From positions 1-44,567 of the forward strand of contig DXIB01000239.1 in the NCBI GenBank assembly GCA_019113085.1: 44,567 bases of DNA. Reading direction: 5' to 3'. Below are positions 17,177 to 26,989 of this stretch, in pieces (the first letter of the stretch is position 1; each line of letters starts with the position of its first letter). The position numbers and the translations under genes were made by a program. The notes beneath the pieces were generated by a model, which was not told where the DNA came from, did not search any database, and saw nothing but the letters and a program-made list of their open reading frames with translations. The DNA comes from Candidatus Mailhella excrementigallinarum (GTDB taxonomy: Bacteria; Desulfobacterota; Desulfovibrionia; Desulfovibrionales; Desulfovibrionaceae).

Positions 17177-17542
17177 TCATCTCATCCGCGCCTTGCGCTG
17201 TTCCGTCTCCTGCTCCCGGCGGGAGGCTTCCAGCGTCCAGTGTTCCAGCCACATCAGGTGCCCGAATATCCGTTCGTCGATCCTGATGCCCAGCCAGCCC
17301 GCCGCCACCTGCACGGCGTTGTAATCCAGACCCAGCGGCCCCAGGCCCGCGCGCCACTGGGTCCGGCAGCCCAGCCACAGCCTGCGGGTTGTCCACAGGC
17401 CGGGCACAAGCCGGGGCTGGCGCTTGTCGCAGCCCCGGCAGTCCACCTTCTGATTTCGTCTCTGGCGGCGCTCTACGCAGCCGGCGCAGTATTTCGCGCG
17501 CCCCGCGTCGTGGAGCCAGCGCCACCAGATTTCGAGTTTTTT
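17177..17542 (-). CDS. Tail assembly chaperone gpT-like segment (DUF1799-like), reached by -1 frameshift
   Basis: TQWRAGLGPLGLDYNAV motif; frame is open from the slippery site (KLEIWWRWLH...). Confidence 0.8.
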   Translation of the reverse strand, partial: KKLEIWWRWLHDAGRAKYCAGCVERRQRRNQKVDCRGCDKRQPRLVPGLWTTRRLWLGCRTQWRAGLGPLGLDYNAVQVAAGWLGIRIDERIFGHLMWLEHWTLEASRREQETEQRKARMR

Positions 17543-17847
17543 GTTTCCAGCTCCTCCGAACCGAGGGCATCAATGCGCCGGGCCAGCGCCACGGCGTCGG
17601 CGCTGGTCATCAGTTCCTGCTTTGAGGGGTCGCGCAGGCAGGCGGCGATCTTGTTCTTCCGGGCGCGCCATTCCTGCGCCGTCACGGAGAGTTCGATCTG
17701 CGCGCGTTCTTCGTCCGAAGCGTTGGTAAGTTTTTCCAGCGCATCCACGCGGGCATCCATTTCCTCGCGGAATTCCGGCCAGCTCTGGGCGCGCACTTCC
17801 ACCCGCAGGCCGGAGGGCAGTTCCACCATGTGATACTGAGTAGGCAT
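17473..17847 (-). CDS. Tail assembly chaperone (gpG-like)
   Basis: Follows the tail tube gene; ends ...ETKN at an A AAA AAC slippery heptamer. Confidence 0.8.
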   Translation of the reverse strand: MPTQYHMVELPSGLRVEVRAQSWPEFREEMDARVDALEKLTNASDEERAQIELSVTAQEWRARKNKIAACLRDPSKQELMTSADAVALARRIDALGSEELETKNSKSGGAGSTTRGARNTAPAA

Positions 17848-17856
17848 GACAACTCC

Positions 17857-19308
17857 TTACGCGTATTCCGCTATGCGGTTGATCAGGGTAAAGCCCAGCA
17901 CGGATTCCCCCTTGTCCACAAAGGCCATGGCCGTGACATCCTGCATCAACCCCTCCTTGCCGCTGATGGCCGCGCCGGGGGTATCGAGCACGCATTCCGG
18001 CATGTCCACGGCAAAGGCGTCGCCTTCCAGCCCCGCGCCGTAGATGCGCACGGGAACGGTGGTGTCCGCGTCAGCGATATCCTGCAGGGCATCGCTCTCA
18101 AGATAGGCGCTCATGGACAGGGAAACTTCCGGGTCGCCCTCGGGCATGCGGGTATACTGCAGCCGGTCACCGATGGCGTTTTGCGGCGTAATCCCGAAAC
18201 TGGCCGAAAAACTGGCCGTGGCCACGTCGCCCCGGCGCACGCCGTTGATGAACAGCGAGAGATCGGGCTTGTCGATGAACACCTGCGGCAGTTCCACCGG
18301 ATCGGCGTCCAGCGCGGAGGAACTGCCGGTTTCACCGCCCGAGGCCACGTCGATGGTCAGCAGAAACTCGCCGTCGCCGCCGGCATCAAAGGAGATGCCG
18401 TTGACCTTGCAGTAGCTGTAGCGCCGATACGGCGAACTGGCCGCGTCGGCATCGAAATCGAAGAACTTTTCCCATGTCTGGGTAGGCTGGCGCTTGGGAA
18501 GCTGCCACTCGTGGCGGTAAAAGACCGGCACGGCCAGCCCGGCGTCAAAGGTTTCCGCTGTATAGGCCGCGGTGATGACGATTTCCGCCGCGCCCACGGA
18601 ATCGATCACATGCTCGCCGTCGTAGTTGGTCGTGCCGGAAATGGTGACGCTGTCCCCCGGGCGGAACACATGCGGCACGCCGGAGGCCAGATCCTGCGGT
18701 AGCCAGATTTCACTGCCGCCGGGCAGCAGGGGCAGCGCCACCTTGCCGTCTCCCCTGTCCACGGCATCACCCCGGATATCGCAGGCGCGGCCCCGCGTCG
18801 CGTGGGCGTCGGAGGGCGTTTCCGCCACAAAGGGCGCGGTGAAGACAAGGGCGTCCGCGCCGCTGCCCTTGGCCAGCACATAGGTGCCGTCATAGTTGGT
18901 TGTGCCGTACACGCTGATCAGATCCCCCGGCACAAAGGGCGAATTTTCCGCGGCCAGCGTAACCGTACCGTCCTTGTTGTCCTTGACCGCCCCGGCGGAA
19001 AGGGCAAGGGGCGTTTCCTTCGTGGCTGCGGTGGTTCCGCACATGGCCCGGAAAATCAGCCCCATGTGCGGGGAACTGGCGCCCATGGCAACCTGCCCGC
19101 TGGGCGAAGGCAGGCCCCGGAACGGCTTGCCCGCGCCGCGCTTGCCGGTGATGACGCTGCGCTGGTTTTTCGAGGTGCCGGTTTGCAGACTCTCGTTGGC
19201 AATGGGGATGACATAGCCCGTTCTGACCGGCTGGCCCGGGCAAACCTCGTTGTACAGCACAAGGCGGCTCGAACCGCCCGTGACCTGCGTGAATTGGCCG
19301 CAGTGCAT
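17857..19308 (-). CDS. Major tail tube protein with two inserted beta-rich repeats
   Basis: Position before chaperones; repeats GDLISVYGTTNYDG and GDSVTISGTTNYDG; C-terminal TPGAAISGKEGLMQ. Confidence 0.8.
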   Translation of the reverse strand: MHCGQFTQVTGGSSRLVLYNEVCPGQPVRTGYVIPIANESLQTGTSKNQRSVITGKRGAGKPFRGLPSPSGQVAMGASSPHMGLIFRAMCGTTAATKETPLALSAGAVKDNKDGTVTLAAENSPFVPGDLISVYGTTNYDGTYVLAKGSGADALVFTAPFVAETPSDAHATRGRACDIRGDAVDRGDGKVALPLLPGGSEIWLPQDLASGVPHVFRPGDSVTISGTTNYDGEHVIDSVGAAEIVITAAYTAETFDAGLAVPVFYRHEWQLPKRQPTQTWEKFFDFDADAASSPYRRYSYCKVNGISFDAGGDGEFLLTIDVASGGETGSSSALDADPVELPQVFIDKPDLSLFINGVRRGDVATASFSASFGITPQNAIGDRLQYTRMPEGDPEVSLSMSAYLESDALQDIADADTTVPVRIYGAGLEGDAFAVDMPECVLDTPGAAISGKEGLMQDVTAMAFVDKGESVLGFTLINRIAEYA

Positions 19309-19316
19309 ATGACCTC

Positions 19317-19787
19317 CTACAGGCTGCGGCGCGAGCCGATGGGCCGCTGCTCGCGCACGGTGAAATCAAGGGAAAGCTGGAGCAGCGGGTACGCCTCCAG
19401 AACAATGTCCGACTGCCCCTCCACAGGACGGTAGCAGGGCAGGGCGGCCAGCACGCGCAGAATGTGCGTCTGAAACGCCTCAACCAGATGCAGGCCGTCC
19501 ATGACTTCGAGATTCTCCACACGGATGAATCCGTCCCGGCGCAGGCCCAGCACCATGCCCACCTTGTGCGGCAGGCTGTAATCCGACTCCGCCGCGCCTG
19601 TTCCCTCGGGGATGATGGCGATAAAGGGCGCATCGCGCTCCGAAGGGGGGCGGCGGAAATTTATGCCGACGCTGATGAGCGGCGCTCGGCCGAACTGTTT
19701 TTCTGACCAGTCTTTCAGTGATGCGTCGGCGCGCAGGGCGGTCGCCCAGGTAAGGGCAATGCTGTAGGGGGTAAGTCGGGGAATCAT
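19317..19787 (-). CDS. Putative tail terminator / tail completion protein
   Basis: Size and position directly upstream of the tail tube gene. Confidence 0.55.
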   Translation of the reverse strand: MIPRLTPYSIALTWATALRADASLKDWSEKQFGRAPLISVGINFRRPPSERDAPFIAIIPEGTGAAESDYSLPHKVGMVLGLRRDGFIRVENLEVMDGLHLVEAFQTHILRVLAALPCYRPVEGQSDIVLEAYPLLQLSLDFTVREQRPIGSRRSL

Positions 19788-20560
19788 GTTTTTCCTCTCG
19801 TGAGTAGCTGGTGCATCTTTTGCATGATATACTCACGCATATAGGGCTGCTCGGCGCGAAAAACGGGGTAGACCAGCGGGCGTTTGGGCTGGCGTATGAC
19901 TTGCTTGTCGGAAAGCGGGATGCCCGCCGCCCAGAACATGCGGCGCATTTTGGGCGTGATTTTCTGTGTGCCGCGGTAGACAAAGCTCCCCACTTCGCCG
20001 CGCTGACCGCCCTGAACTGCCGCCAGATACATGGCCGGACTTTTGGCCACAGCTCCGATTTCCACGGAAAGATCTTTTGTGCGCCGGTAACGTATGGCGT
20101 TGATCAGCCGTCCGCCCATGGCTGTTTTCCCGCGCGCGCCGGAACCGCCCTTCCAGCGGTTCATCATGTTTTCTCTGCCGTACACGTTCACGCCCAGCAG
20201 ACGCTTTTTCAGCTTCAGTTTTTCGTAATTCCTGCCGTAGGCTCCGCCGCGTGCCCAGTCCAGACGGCGCATGCGGTGCATGTCGGAAAGCTCCTGCCAT
20301 CTCGTGCCGGGAACCTTGCCGCTGCGCATGGCGGTCTTCATCTCGCCGCGCAGATGCCAGGAAAGACTCAGAATGGCGGAACGGAACGTTTTCGGGAAAC
20401 GCTTCATCAGACGGTTCAGTTCCGGCGTGGCTTCGTCGATGACGAGCACGGTCTTGCCCGTGCCTCCCAGCCCGAAACGGTCATAGAGGGAACCGGAACC
20501 ATCCGGACTTCCGAACGAATAAAACCCCTCCGGCGCGTTCTCCCATTTCCTGCTTGCCAT
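19784..20560 (-). CDS. Virion morphogenesis / tail completion protein (basic, gpZ-like position)
   Basis: Arg/Lys-rich; ITPKMRRMF...PKRPLVYPVF; position between adaptor and terminator. Confidence 0.6.
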   Translation of the reverse strand: MASRKWENAPEGFYSFGSPDGSGSLYDRFGLGGTGKTVLVIDEATPELNRLMKRFPKTFRSAILSLSWHLRGEMKTAMRSGKVPGTRWQELSDMHRMRRLDWARGGAYGRNYEKLKLKKRLLGVNVYGRENMMNRWKGGSGARGKTAMGGRLINAIRYRRTKDLSVEIGAVAKSPAMYLAAVQGGQRGEVGSFVYRGTQKITPKMRRMFWAAGIPLSDKQVIRQPKRPLVYPVFRAEQPYMREYIMQKMHQLLTRGKT

Positions 20561-20561
20561 A

Positions 20562-20945
20562 CTATCCTCCCCCGCTTGTCCCCCTGCTCATATTCTGCTC
20601 GGAGCGGCAGAGCATGCGCCGCCCGAAGGTCTGCCCCCGCTCGCGCAGGGGCAGTGAATATTCGATGCGCCATACCCGGGAGTCCGAGTCCAGAAAGCAG
20701 GTTTCACCGTCCGTGATTTCCGGCAGATCGTCGGCCATGGCATAGGCCACGGCGTAGCGCGCACCGTCCGGCATGACGCGTCCCTCGGCCCATGCGGGCA
20801 CGGAAGAGCCGTGGTCATGCACGAACAGCAGGGCGCGGGGATAGCCGCCATGATCCATATCCAGCGGCATGACGGGGGAGTCGGTGAAAACGGCCTCTTC
20901 CCCCACGTCCGCGATGATGGCGGCCAGCCCCGCGGCGGCGCTCAC
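20562..20945 (-). CDS. Putative head-tail adaptor / head closure protein
   Basis: 127 aa; synteny upstream of the tail genes. Confidence 0.55.
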   Translation of the reverse strand: MSAAAGLAAIIADVGEEAVFTDSPVMPLDMDHGGYPRALLFVHDHGSSVPAWAEGRVMPDGARYAVAYAMADDLPEITDGETCFLDSDSRVWRIEYSLPLRERGQTFGRRMLCRSEQNMSRGTSGGG

Positions 20946-21115
20946 ACGCTGCTCCCTTCAAAGTAATCCGCGGGATCGCGGGCGGCGGCAAGCTTGGCTT
21001 CAAGCTCTTCCGCCGTGATTTCCTCGGTCTCAAGCGTATTGATAATGGCCCGCACGGCGGGGATGCCGTATTTCAGGGCCAGTTCCAGCACCCATTCAAT
21101 GGTTTCTATCTTCAT
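20942..21115 (-). CDS. Small protein at the end of the lysis cassette (57 aa)
   Basis: Manual translation MKIETIEWVLELALKYGIPAVRAIINTLETEEITAEELEAKLAAARDPADYFEGSSV; fills the gap exactly, with a GTGA overlap. Confidence 0.7.
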   Translation of the reverse strand: MKIETIEWVLELALKYGIPAVRAIINTLETEEITAEELEAKLAAARDPADYFEGSSV

Positions 21116-21118
21116 GCG

Positions 21119-21532
21119 CTACTCCAGGGCCGGCGTCCTGCTTTCCCAGCCCATGATGTTTTCCACGTCCAGTTTCAGAGCGGCCGCCAGCGTCAGCAGT
21201 TCATTCAGGCGTCCCCTGATCGCTTCAAGCTGCTTCAGCACGTCGCCCCTGTTCTCTTCGCTCTGCGCGTCCACATAGACGATGAGCGCGTTCATTCCCA
21301 TCCGCCACGCATCGATGTACATCTGCCCGGCGTCGATCACCCTGTCGCGTCCGGCATTGTCCAGCCTGCCGCTTTTGTGGGCATCCGCCGCCACCTTCAT
21401 GGCCGCGTCGTAGGCGGTATATGAGATATCCAGCGTCTGCGCGGCGCGCAGCGCGAATTCCCTGCCGTCACAGGCCGTGAGCGGCAGGCACAGCATCAGC
21501 GCGGCGCTCAGGGCCACAAGAAAACGTCTCAT
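21119..21532 (-). CDS. Lipoprotein in the lysis cassette (spanin-like candidate)
   Basis: MRRFLVALSAALMLCLPLTAC lipobox; directly after the endolysin. Confidence 0.65.
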   Translation of the reverse strand: MRRFLVALSAALMLCLPLTACDGREFALRAAQTLDISYTAYDAAMKVAADAHKSGRLDNAGRDRVIDAGQMYIDAWRMGMNALIVYVDAQSEENRGDVLKQLEAIRGRLNELLTLAAALKLDVENIMGWESRTPALE

Positions 21533-21543
21533 GAAAACCTCAA

Positions 21544-22104
21544 TTAAAGCTTGAAAGGTTCGGGGCATGTGCCGCCCAGTTCCCTGAGCACCTTGGCCGG
21601 ATATGCAGGATTGCTCACATGCTTGAGACCCTGCACGGCGCCCATGCCGCCGTTGTAGGCGGCGCAGGTTTCATACCAGCCATAGCTCTTGGCAAAGCAG
21701 CGCCGGGCCAGTGAGGCCAGGTGCAGGCAGCCGTATTCAAGGCCGATTTCCGGCTGGCAGAGGCGGGACAGGTACGGTTCCTTGCAGCCGTATTCCCGCG
21801 CCACCGCGCCCATGACCTGCATCAGACCCCAGCTTGCCCGCTGGCCCCACCATTCCTGATCGCTGTCTCCGGCCAGAGCCGTGAACCCGGTGGGCGGCAC
21901 GGCGGATGCAACTTCCCGCGCGGACATCTCGCGGAAGGGACGGCCCGCGCGGGCGTCAACCACATAGCGGTATCCGGGTTCGGGATTCCATGCCCATGTG
22001 TTCCCGCCGCTTTCCACCGCAACAATCGCCGCGACGAGCCCGGCAGGCAGAGCATGCTTTCTGGCCGCGTCGCGGATCTGTTTGTCAAATGTTCCCGTTG
22101 TCAT
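21544..22104 (-). CDS. Endolysin, lytic transglycosylase (SLT domain)
   Basis: AAIVAVESGG, SWGLMQVMG and AAYNGG motifs. Confidence 0.92.
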   Translation of the reverse strand: MTTGTFDKQIRDAARKHALPAGLVAAIVAVESGGNTWAWNPEPGYRYVVDARAGRPFREMSAREVASAVPPTGFTALAGDSDQEWWGQRASWGLMQVMGAVAREYGCKEPYLSRLCQPEIGLEYGCLHLASLARRCFAKSYGWYETCAAYNGGMGAVQGLKHVSNPAYPAKVLRELGGTCPEPFKL

Positions 22105-22585
22105 TGCAGCCCTCCCGGCTGTTGGCGCATACGCCGTTTTTACAGTTGATTTCCGGGCATTTGTCGTTGCGCCATGGACAGAGCCGCACATGCTCGTCCT
22201 GCTGTTCGGGCGTCATCATGCTTTTCAGTTCATCAGGCTTGCGGAAATTGACCACGGAAAGCCCCTGCATCCTGCGGATCAGCATGTCGAAAAGTTTCTG
22301 CCCCATGCCGCCGCCCACAAATCCGGCCAGCAGCGTCATTTCCGGCGTAACGTCCGGCATCTGCCCGGCTACAAGGGCCGCCACGCAGCCTGCCGTGCCG
22401 CTCACCATGGCGGCCACAAACAATGCTCCGGCCCGCTGCCGCCAGTTGCGTTCGTAGTAACTTCGGCCCATGTAGCGCACCACGCCCACCGTCGCGCCGA
22501 CAACGAACAGCGGCAGCAGGGATATGAGCAGCGCCCAGTACGGGCCGGAACGCTCCATGCCCTGGCGTATATAATCCTGTTCCAT
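22085..22585 (-). CDS. Putative holin
   Basis: Three hydrophobic segments, GFVGGGMG; immediately upstream of the endolysin. Confidence 0.75.
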   Translation of the reverse strand: MEQDYIRQGMERSGPYWALLISLLPLFVVGATVGVVRYMGRSYYERNWRQRAGALFVAAMVSGTAGCVAALVAGQMPDVTPEMTLLAGFVGGGMGQKLFDMLIRRMQGLSVVNFRKPDELKSMMTPEQQDEHVRLCPWRNDKCPEINCKNGVCANSREGCNDNGNI

Positions 22586-22671
22586 GACACCCCTTATGGC
22601 TGTCAGCCTGTATGTGGACTTTCCGAACGATGCACGTTCCCCCCGGAAAGTCCCGGCGAAACAGGGGGGAA

Positions 22672-23001
22672 TCATCCCAGCAGCACCTCGATTTCCGTGG
22701 CGGATGACGCCGCGTCATAAGCGGCGATGCCCGCCGGGGTATTGGATGATGCCGTTTCCGTAATCTTGCCGTCAGAAGTCAGATACAGCGGCGTGCCGCG
22801 CGTGACTTCACCGGAAAGCGTACAGGGCAGAACCCACACGCCGGCCAGTTGGATCACGTCTTCGCCGCCTGCCGGGATATCGTTGACCGCCACGCCGATC
22901 CGGGTTGTCCCGAACGCCACGGGGGTTCCGGCAGGGATGACGCTGCCTGTCGAGTTCTTGTACAGCAGCCGCTTGCCCGGCTGGCGATAGTTCTGGGCCA
23001 T
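22672..23001 (-). CDS. Capsid cement/decoration protein (DUF2190-like)
   Basis: MAQNYRQPG...IGVAVNDIPAG...GVWVLP...AGIA; follows the capsid gene. Confidence 0.85.
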   Translation of the reverse strand: MAQNYRQPGKRLLYKNSTGSVIPAGTPVAFGTTRIGVAVNDIPAGGEDVIQLAGVWVLPCTLSGEVTRGTPLYLTSDGKITETASSNTPAGIAAYDAASSATEIEVLLG

Positions 23002-23011
23002 GATGCGCTCC

Positions 23012-25132
23012 TTACGATTTGACGACGCCGGGGTTCTTCAGGGCGCCGCGATAGTCAACCCATCCCGCGCCCATGACCATCCGCACCTTGTAGCTGATGG
23101 CATCCACGCGGAATTCCTCGTGTTCAATGATGTCAGGGGTCTGTTTGCCGTCCAGGAAAGCCACGTCCATGGTGTTGATCAGCGCCGGATCGGCCAGCAG
23201 GAACCACGGTGCGGGCTGGCCTGATGCTGGCTCCAGACGCGGCTCGACCACCAGTTGAAGCCCGGCGTCCTGCCATACGTTGTAGGTGCCGCTGTTCATC
23301 TGGGCCACGGGCATGGCCGTGCTGTTGAGCAGCAGTAGGGCCTGCGTGCGCAGGCTGGGCGGCACGAGAAGGATGCGGGGGGTGATATCCAGGAAGTCCC
23401 CGTCCGGGCCGCGCTGCGTGGTCATCATCTGCCATGCTGCGTCAAGGCTGTCCCCATCGAGCGCCGTGCCCGTGGAAACCAGATTGCCGTGCCTGGCCGA
23501 AAAGACGTTCTGCCCGTCGCTCATCTTCGGGTTGGCCAGCAGCAGGTCATAGACCAGCGATGCCTGCTTGCGCGCGGCAATGGCCCCGAAATAGCGGGGC
23601 AGACGGGCAAACGCGTTCAGATCATCGTTGACCAGCATCTCCCATGACAGATCGAAAATCTTGCCGTACTTGCGCACGGAATAGCTTTCCATGCTGTCGG
23701 CATAGGACCCGTTGCGGTATTCCTCATTTTCCCGCACCAGCTCCAGTTCGCCCAGGGCGGAGAACTGTACGCCGTATACCTGCCGGAAGTCCGCCACGGA
23801 AACGGTGTTGGTCCATGTCGGCCATGTGGGGCGCTGAGCCTGATAGGCCTTGAGCAGCGTCTTGTTCGCCACATCAAGGAAAATGGCCTTGAAATCGCTC
23901 GTGCTGGATGCCAGCCGGGCGGAAAAGATGCTTCTGGCCACTTCATCCTTGCTCATACGGACGGAATTGCAGCCCGCGCGTTCCAGGCAGAGCCGGGCAA
24001 GCTGCTGCGGTCCCATGTGGGCAAACTCTTCCGCGCCGGGCACGGCTTTGCCCTGTTCCGGCCTTTCTCCCAGCTGGAGAGCCAGACCCGCCGCGGCCAT
24101 GCGCCGGAACTTGTCGCCCTCGCTTTCGCCCTCGGCCAGACTCATGCGGTTGATGCGGCCGTTTCCCCTGGCCAGCTCTTCCAGAACCACCTGCCGGGCC
24201 TTGTCCAGCGTGGCTCCTTCCCGACAGAGACGAGCGGACAGTTCCGCGCCCAGCCCCATGCTGTACACCAGGTCATTGATTTCGGCAGTGCGCCTGCGCT
24301 CCCCGGCCAGTGCCGCCCGGACAGCGGCGGACAGGTCCTTGCCTTCATCGCCGCCGTCTTCTCCGTCGCCGCCGTCACCGGAATCACTCGACGACGCGCT
24401 TTCGGCATTCCCGCTGCCCTTGCTGTCGCTCTTGTCGTCCCCGGCGTCATCGCCTTTCTTTTTGTTCCTGTCCTCCGCCATCTGCGCCAGATGGCGCGCG
24501 GCAAACTCCTGCATTTCCTCGTCACTGGCCTCGGGCGGCATGCCCAGGCCTGTCAGGATATCACGCAAATTCATGCTTCCGCTCCCGGTTTGCGAGGCCA
24601 GAGCTCTGGCCTCCGTGTTCTTGTCCGCGCCGAGGGAGACGAAAGAAACTTCGCGCACCTCGGATTCCAGCCATATGTCAAGCGGGCCTTCCAGTTCCCG
24701 TCCGTTGACCGTCTGCTTTTTGCCGCGTTCCAGACGCAGCACCTTCAGCGGATCAACCCCGATGCTGGCCTCCCATGGGTATCCTTCACGGGCCAGCGCC
24801 AGGGCTTCCCTGCCGTCCGGCGTCGCGCCGGAAAAATTGCCCTCGACGTGAAACCCGTTCTCGTCCACGCGCCATGCTTCGGCCATGCCCACGATGCGAT
24901 CTCGCTCATGCTCGCGCAGCACGGGGAATCGCGGCTTGGCCGTCATGCCGGAAAGCGAGATGACAAAACGCCAGCCGTAAAATTCCACCGGCGCTCCGGA
25001 ATAACCCAGAATGGAGAAACGGGCGGGCGCCGTCGCGCCGTCACTTCCCGCCCCGTCCGCCAGCAGAGCCACAGGCGCGGAAAGTTTCGCGCCGCGCCGG
25101 TCGTTTTCAGCGAGATCCGCGGTTCTCTTCAT
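23012..25132 (-). CDS. Fused prohead protease-scaffold-major capsid protein
   Basis: N-terminal protease motifs (LREHERDRIVG, WEASIG, EVSFVSLGAD), acidic linker, capsid region STSDF...YGKIFDLSWEMLVNDDL...DYRG. Confidence 0.92.
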   Translation of the reverse strand: MKRTADLAENDRRGAKLSAPVALLADGAGSDGATAPARFSILGYSGAPVEFYGWRFVISLSGMTAKPRFPVLREHERDRIVGMAEAWRVDENGFHVEGNFSGATPDGREALALAREGYPWEASIGVDPLKVLRLERGKKQTVNGRELEGPLDIWLESEVREVSFVSLGADKNTEARALASQTGSGSMNLRDILTGLGMPPEASDEEMQEFAARHLAQMAEDRNKKKGDDAGDDKSDSKGSGNAESASSSDSGDGGDGEDGGDEGKDLSAAVRAALAGERRRTAEINDLVYSMGLGAELSARLCREGATLDKARQVVLEELARGNGRINRMSLAEGESEGDKFRRMAAAGLALQLGERPEQGKAVPGAEEFAHMGPQQLARLCLERAGCNSVRMSKDEVARSIFSARLASSTSDFKAIFLDVANKTLLKAYQAQRPTWPTWTNTVSVADFRQVYGVQFSALGELELVRENEEYRNGSYADSMESYSVRKYGKIFDLSWEMLVNDDLNAFARLPRYFGAIAARKQASLVYDLLLANPKMSDGQNVFSARHGNLVSTGTALDGDSLDAAWQMMTTQRGPDGDFLDITPRILLVPPSLRTQALLLLNSTAMPVAQMNSGTYNVWQDAGLQLVVEPRLEPASGQPAPWFLLADPALINTMDVAFLDGKQTPDIIEHEEFRVDAISYKVRMVMGAGWVDYRGALKNPGVVKS

Positions 25133-26711
25133 TGTCGTCCTCCTGTATGATTTCCCCGCTTCCGCCGTCCACGTCCGCGCTCAGTCCGGCCTCTTCCAGC
25201 ATCTGTTTTTCCTCGGCCAGAGCGGTCACGGTTTCGCCGAAATCGCGGCCTTCTTCGGCGCACAGCTCACGGCGGCTGATGATGCCCAGCTTGACGCGGG
25301 TCTGCGCGGCATTGGCGTCCTTGACCGGATCGACCCAGCTCCAGCCCGGCATCTGCCAGACCACGGGCACGCGCTCTTCCGGCCCCAGCCCGAATGCCTT
25401 GCGCCACATGACAAAACGCCGCCATATGGGCGTCATGAGCTTGCGGGCCAGAAAAATCTGCTGCATGCGGTAGCCGCGCCGCTCTTCAAGCACCGCCTGG
25501 CGGGCGGCGGAATAGCTGGCGTCGGAGTAGTCATTGCCGAAACTTTCGTAGCTCATGGCCATGCCTGAACTTGCTCCGCGCAGGCTGGTCTTGGTGTAAT
25601 CCGTGTAGTTGTTGGCCGGGCGCCTGTTTTCCACGATCTGGATTTCCTTGCCCGGGGGCAGTTCGTCGATCCGGCCGGACGAAATGAAGGTATCCATGGA
25701 AAGCGCCCGCCCCGCTGTGGTCTGCCCTCCGGCCAGAGGAGCGGGATTCAGGGGCGCGCCGGAAAGGCTGTTGCCCATGCTTCCCGCGCCGAATTCGCCT
25801 GAATCCTTGAGGAATATGGCGAATGCCGCTGCCAGCCGGGCCGCTATCTGTTCGGAGGTCTGGTATTCGTCAAAGTTGTGCATGCCCATGATCACGGCAT
25901 GCATCCAGCTTACCGGCAGAGTCTGTCCGATGCGATCCGGCTGCATGACCAGACGGCAGTCTTCCGCTTTCAGACGCAGGGTACGCCCTGCGCCGAAAGC
26001 GGGATGCACCGCAGGATCTCGTGTCCAGCCTTCGTCCAGCACGCCGCCGTACAGCGATTCCTCGAAAATATGCCACGCCAGCAGATTCCCCCTGCTGTCA
26101 TATTCCGCGCCGTAGCGGGCGATATTGCCGTTCGGCTGCGGGCCGTGAACGCTCATGTCCAGGGCGTCCATATCCAGCAGTTCCACGCCCAGAGGTACAA
26201 GGCCGTCCTTCTGAAAACGCGGTACGGCATAAAAATGCAGAAAAAAGCCGCCATCGAGCCACAGATGGCGCAGGGCCAGCTGCTGAATCAGCCATATGTC
26301 GTTTTCTTCGGCCCAGTCCTTCCAGTCGTTCTCCAGCGCCCCGCATGCCGCGCAGTCCCGGGCGCCCGTCGCGTCGCGGTGCTGTGCCTGCGGCGTCAGA
26401 CCGCTGTACACCACGTTGGCCACAATCTTGCGCAGCGCGCCTGAAATATTGCCGTTGTCGCGCGCCATGGCCCGGGCCCGGGCGCGGATGATGCGCGCGT
26501 CACGCGCCAGCATGGGGTCTGCCTTGCCGTCACGCGGCAGCCAGCGCCCGTTGGGGCCGTCCCGCCGGGCCGCGTCGTATCCGATCAGACCGGCTGCCAG
26601 CCGGGCATGGCCGGCCAGATAGCGCCCTGCCGCTGCCGGGCTGATGAACGACAGAGGCAGGGCGATAGCGCGGGCCAGAGCCATGCGGAGGGAAGTCTCC
26701 GGCCCGGCCAT
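25107..26711 (-). CDS. Portal protein, lambda family
   Basis: IRARARAMARDN, SYSAARQAVLE, WSWVDPVKD motifs. Confidence 0.95.
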   Translation of the reverse strand: MAGPETSLRMALARAIALPLSFISPAAAGRYLAGHARLAAGLIGYDAARRDGPNGRWLPRDGKADPMLARDARIIRARARAMARDNGNISGALRKIVANVVYSGLTPQAQHRDATGARDCAACGALENDWKDWAEENDIWLIQQLALRHLWLDGGFFLHFYAVPRFQKDGLVPLGVELLDMDALDMSVHGPQPNGNIARYGAEYDSRGNLLAWHIFEESLYGGVLDEGWTRDPAVHPAFGAGRTLRLKAEDCRLVMQPDRIGQTLPVSWMHAVIMGMHNFDEYQTSEQIAARLAAAFAIFLKDSGEFGAGSMGNSLSGAPLNPAPLAGGQTTAGRALSMDTFISSGRIDELPPGKEIQIVENRRPANNYTDYTKTSLRGASSGMAMSYESFGNDYSDASYSAARQAVLEERRGYRMQQIFLARKLMTPIWRRFVMWRKAFGLGPEERVPVVWQMPGWSWVDPVKDANAAQTRVKLGIISRRELCAEEGRDFGETVTALAEEKQMLEEAGLSADVDGGSGEIIQEDDNEENRGSR

Positions 26712-26950
26712 CAGAACACCACCTGCGTTGACCGGATGCCGCCATAGCCGGCGCCGGAGGAGGTCTGGGCCACGCGGGCGGAAAGCGCAGCTTCCATGCG
26801 GCGCAGCTGGTCAAGATTGGCCAGCGTATAGACCACGCCGTCAATGGTGAAGCTCTGGTGTCCGGTGGTGACTCGATATATGGCGTCCCGTACCGCAGCC
26901 AGCAGTTCGGCGTCAGTACGGGACGATGGAGTGGTGGTAAGCTGTGTCAT
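26711..26950 (-). CDS. Head-tail joining protein (gpW-like)
   Basis: AI..VTTGHQSFTIDGVVYTLANLDQLR; directly upstream of portal. Confidence 0.8.
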   Translation of the reverse strand: MTQLTTTPSSRTDAELLAAVRDAIYRVTTGHQSFTIDGVVYTLANLDQLRRMEAALSARVAQTSSGAGYGGIRSTQVVF

Positions 26951-26989
26951 GCGGCCCTCGGCATGATGGTAAAATGCCTTTTGCCTCAC

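Noticed and set aside
16371-17573. 400-aa version of the BRO protein
   Set aside because: The extension overlaps the tail chaperone genes; a GGAGG RBS supports ATG 17165.
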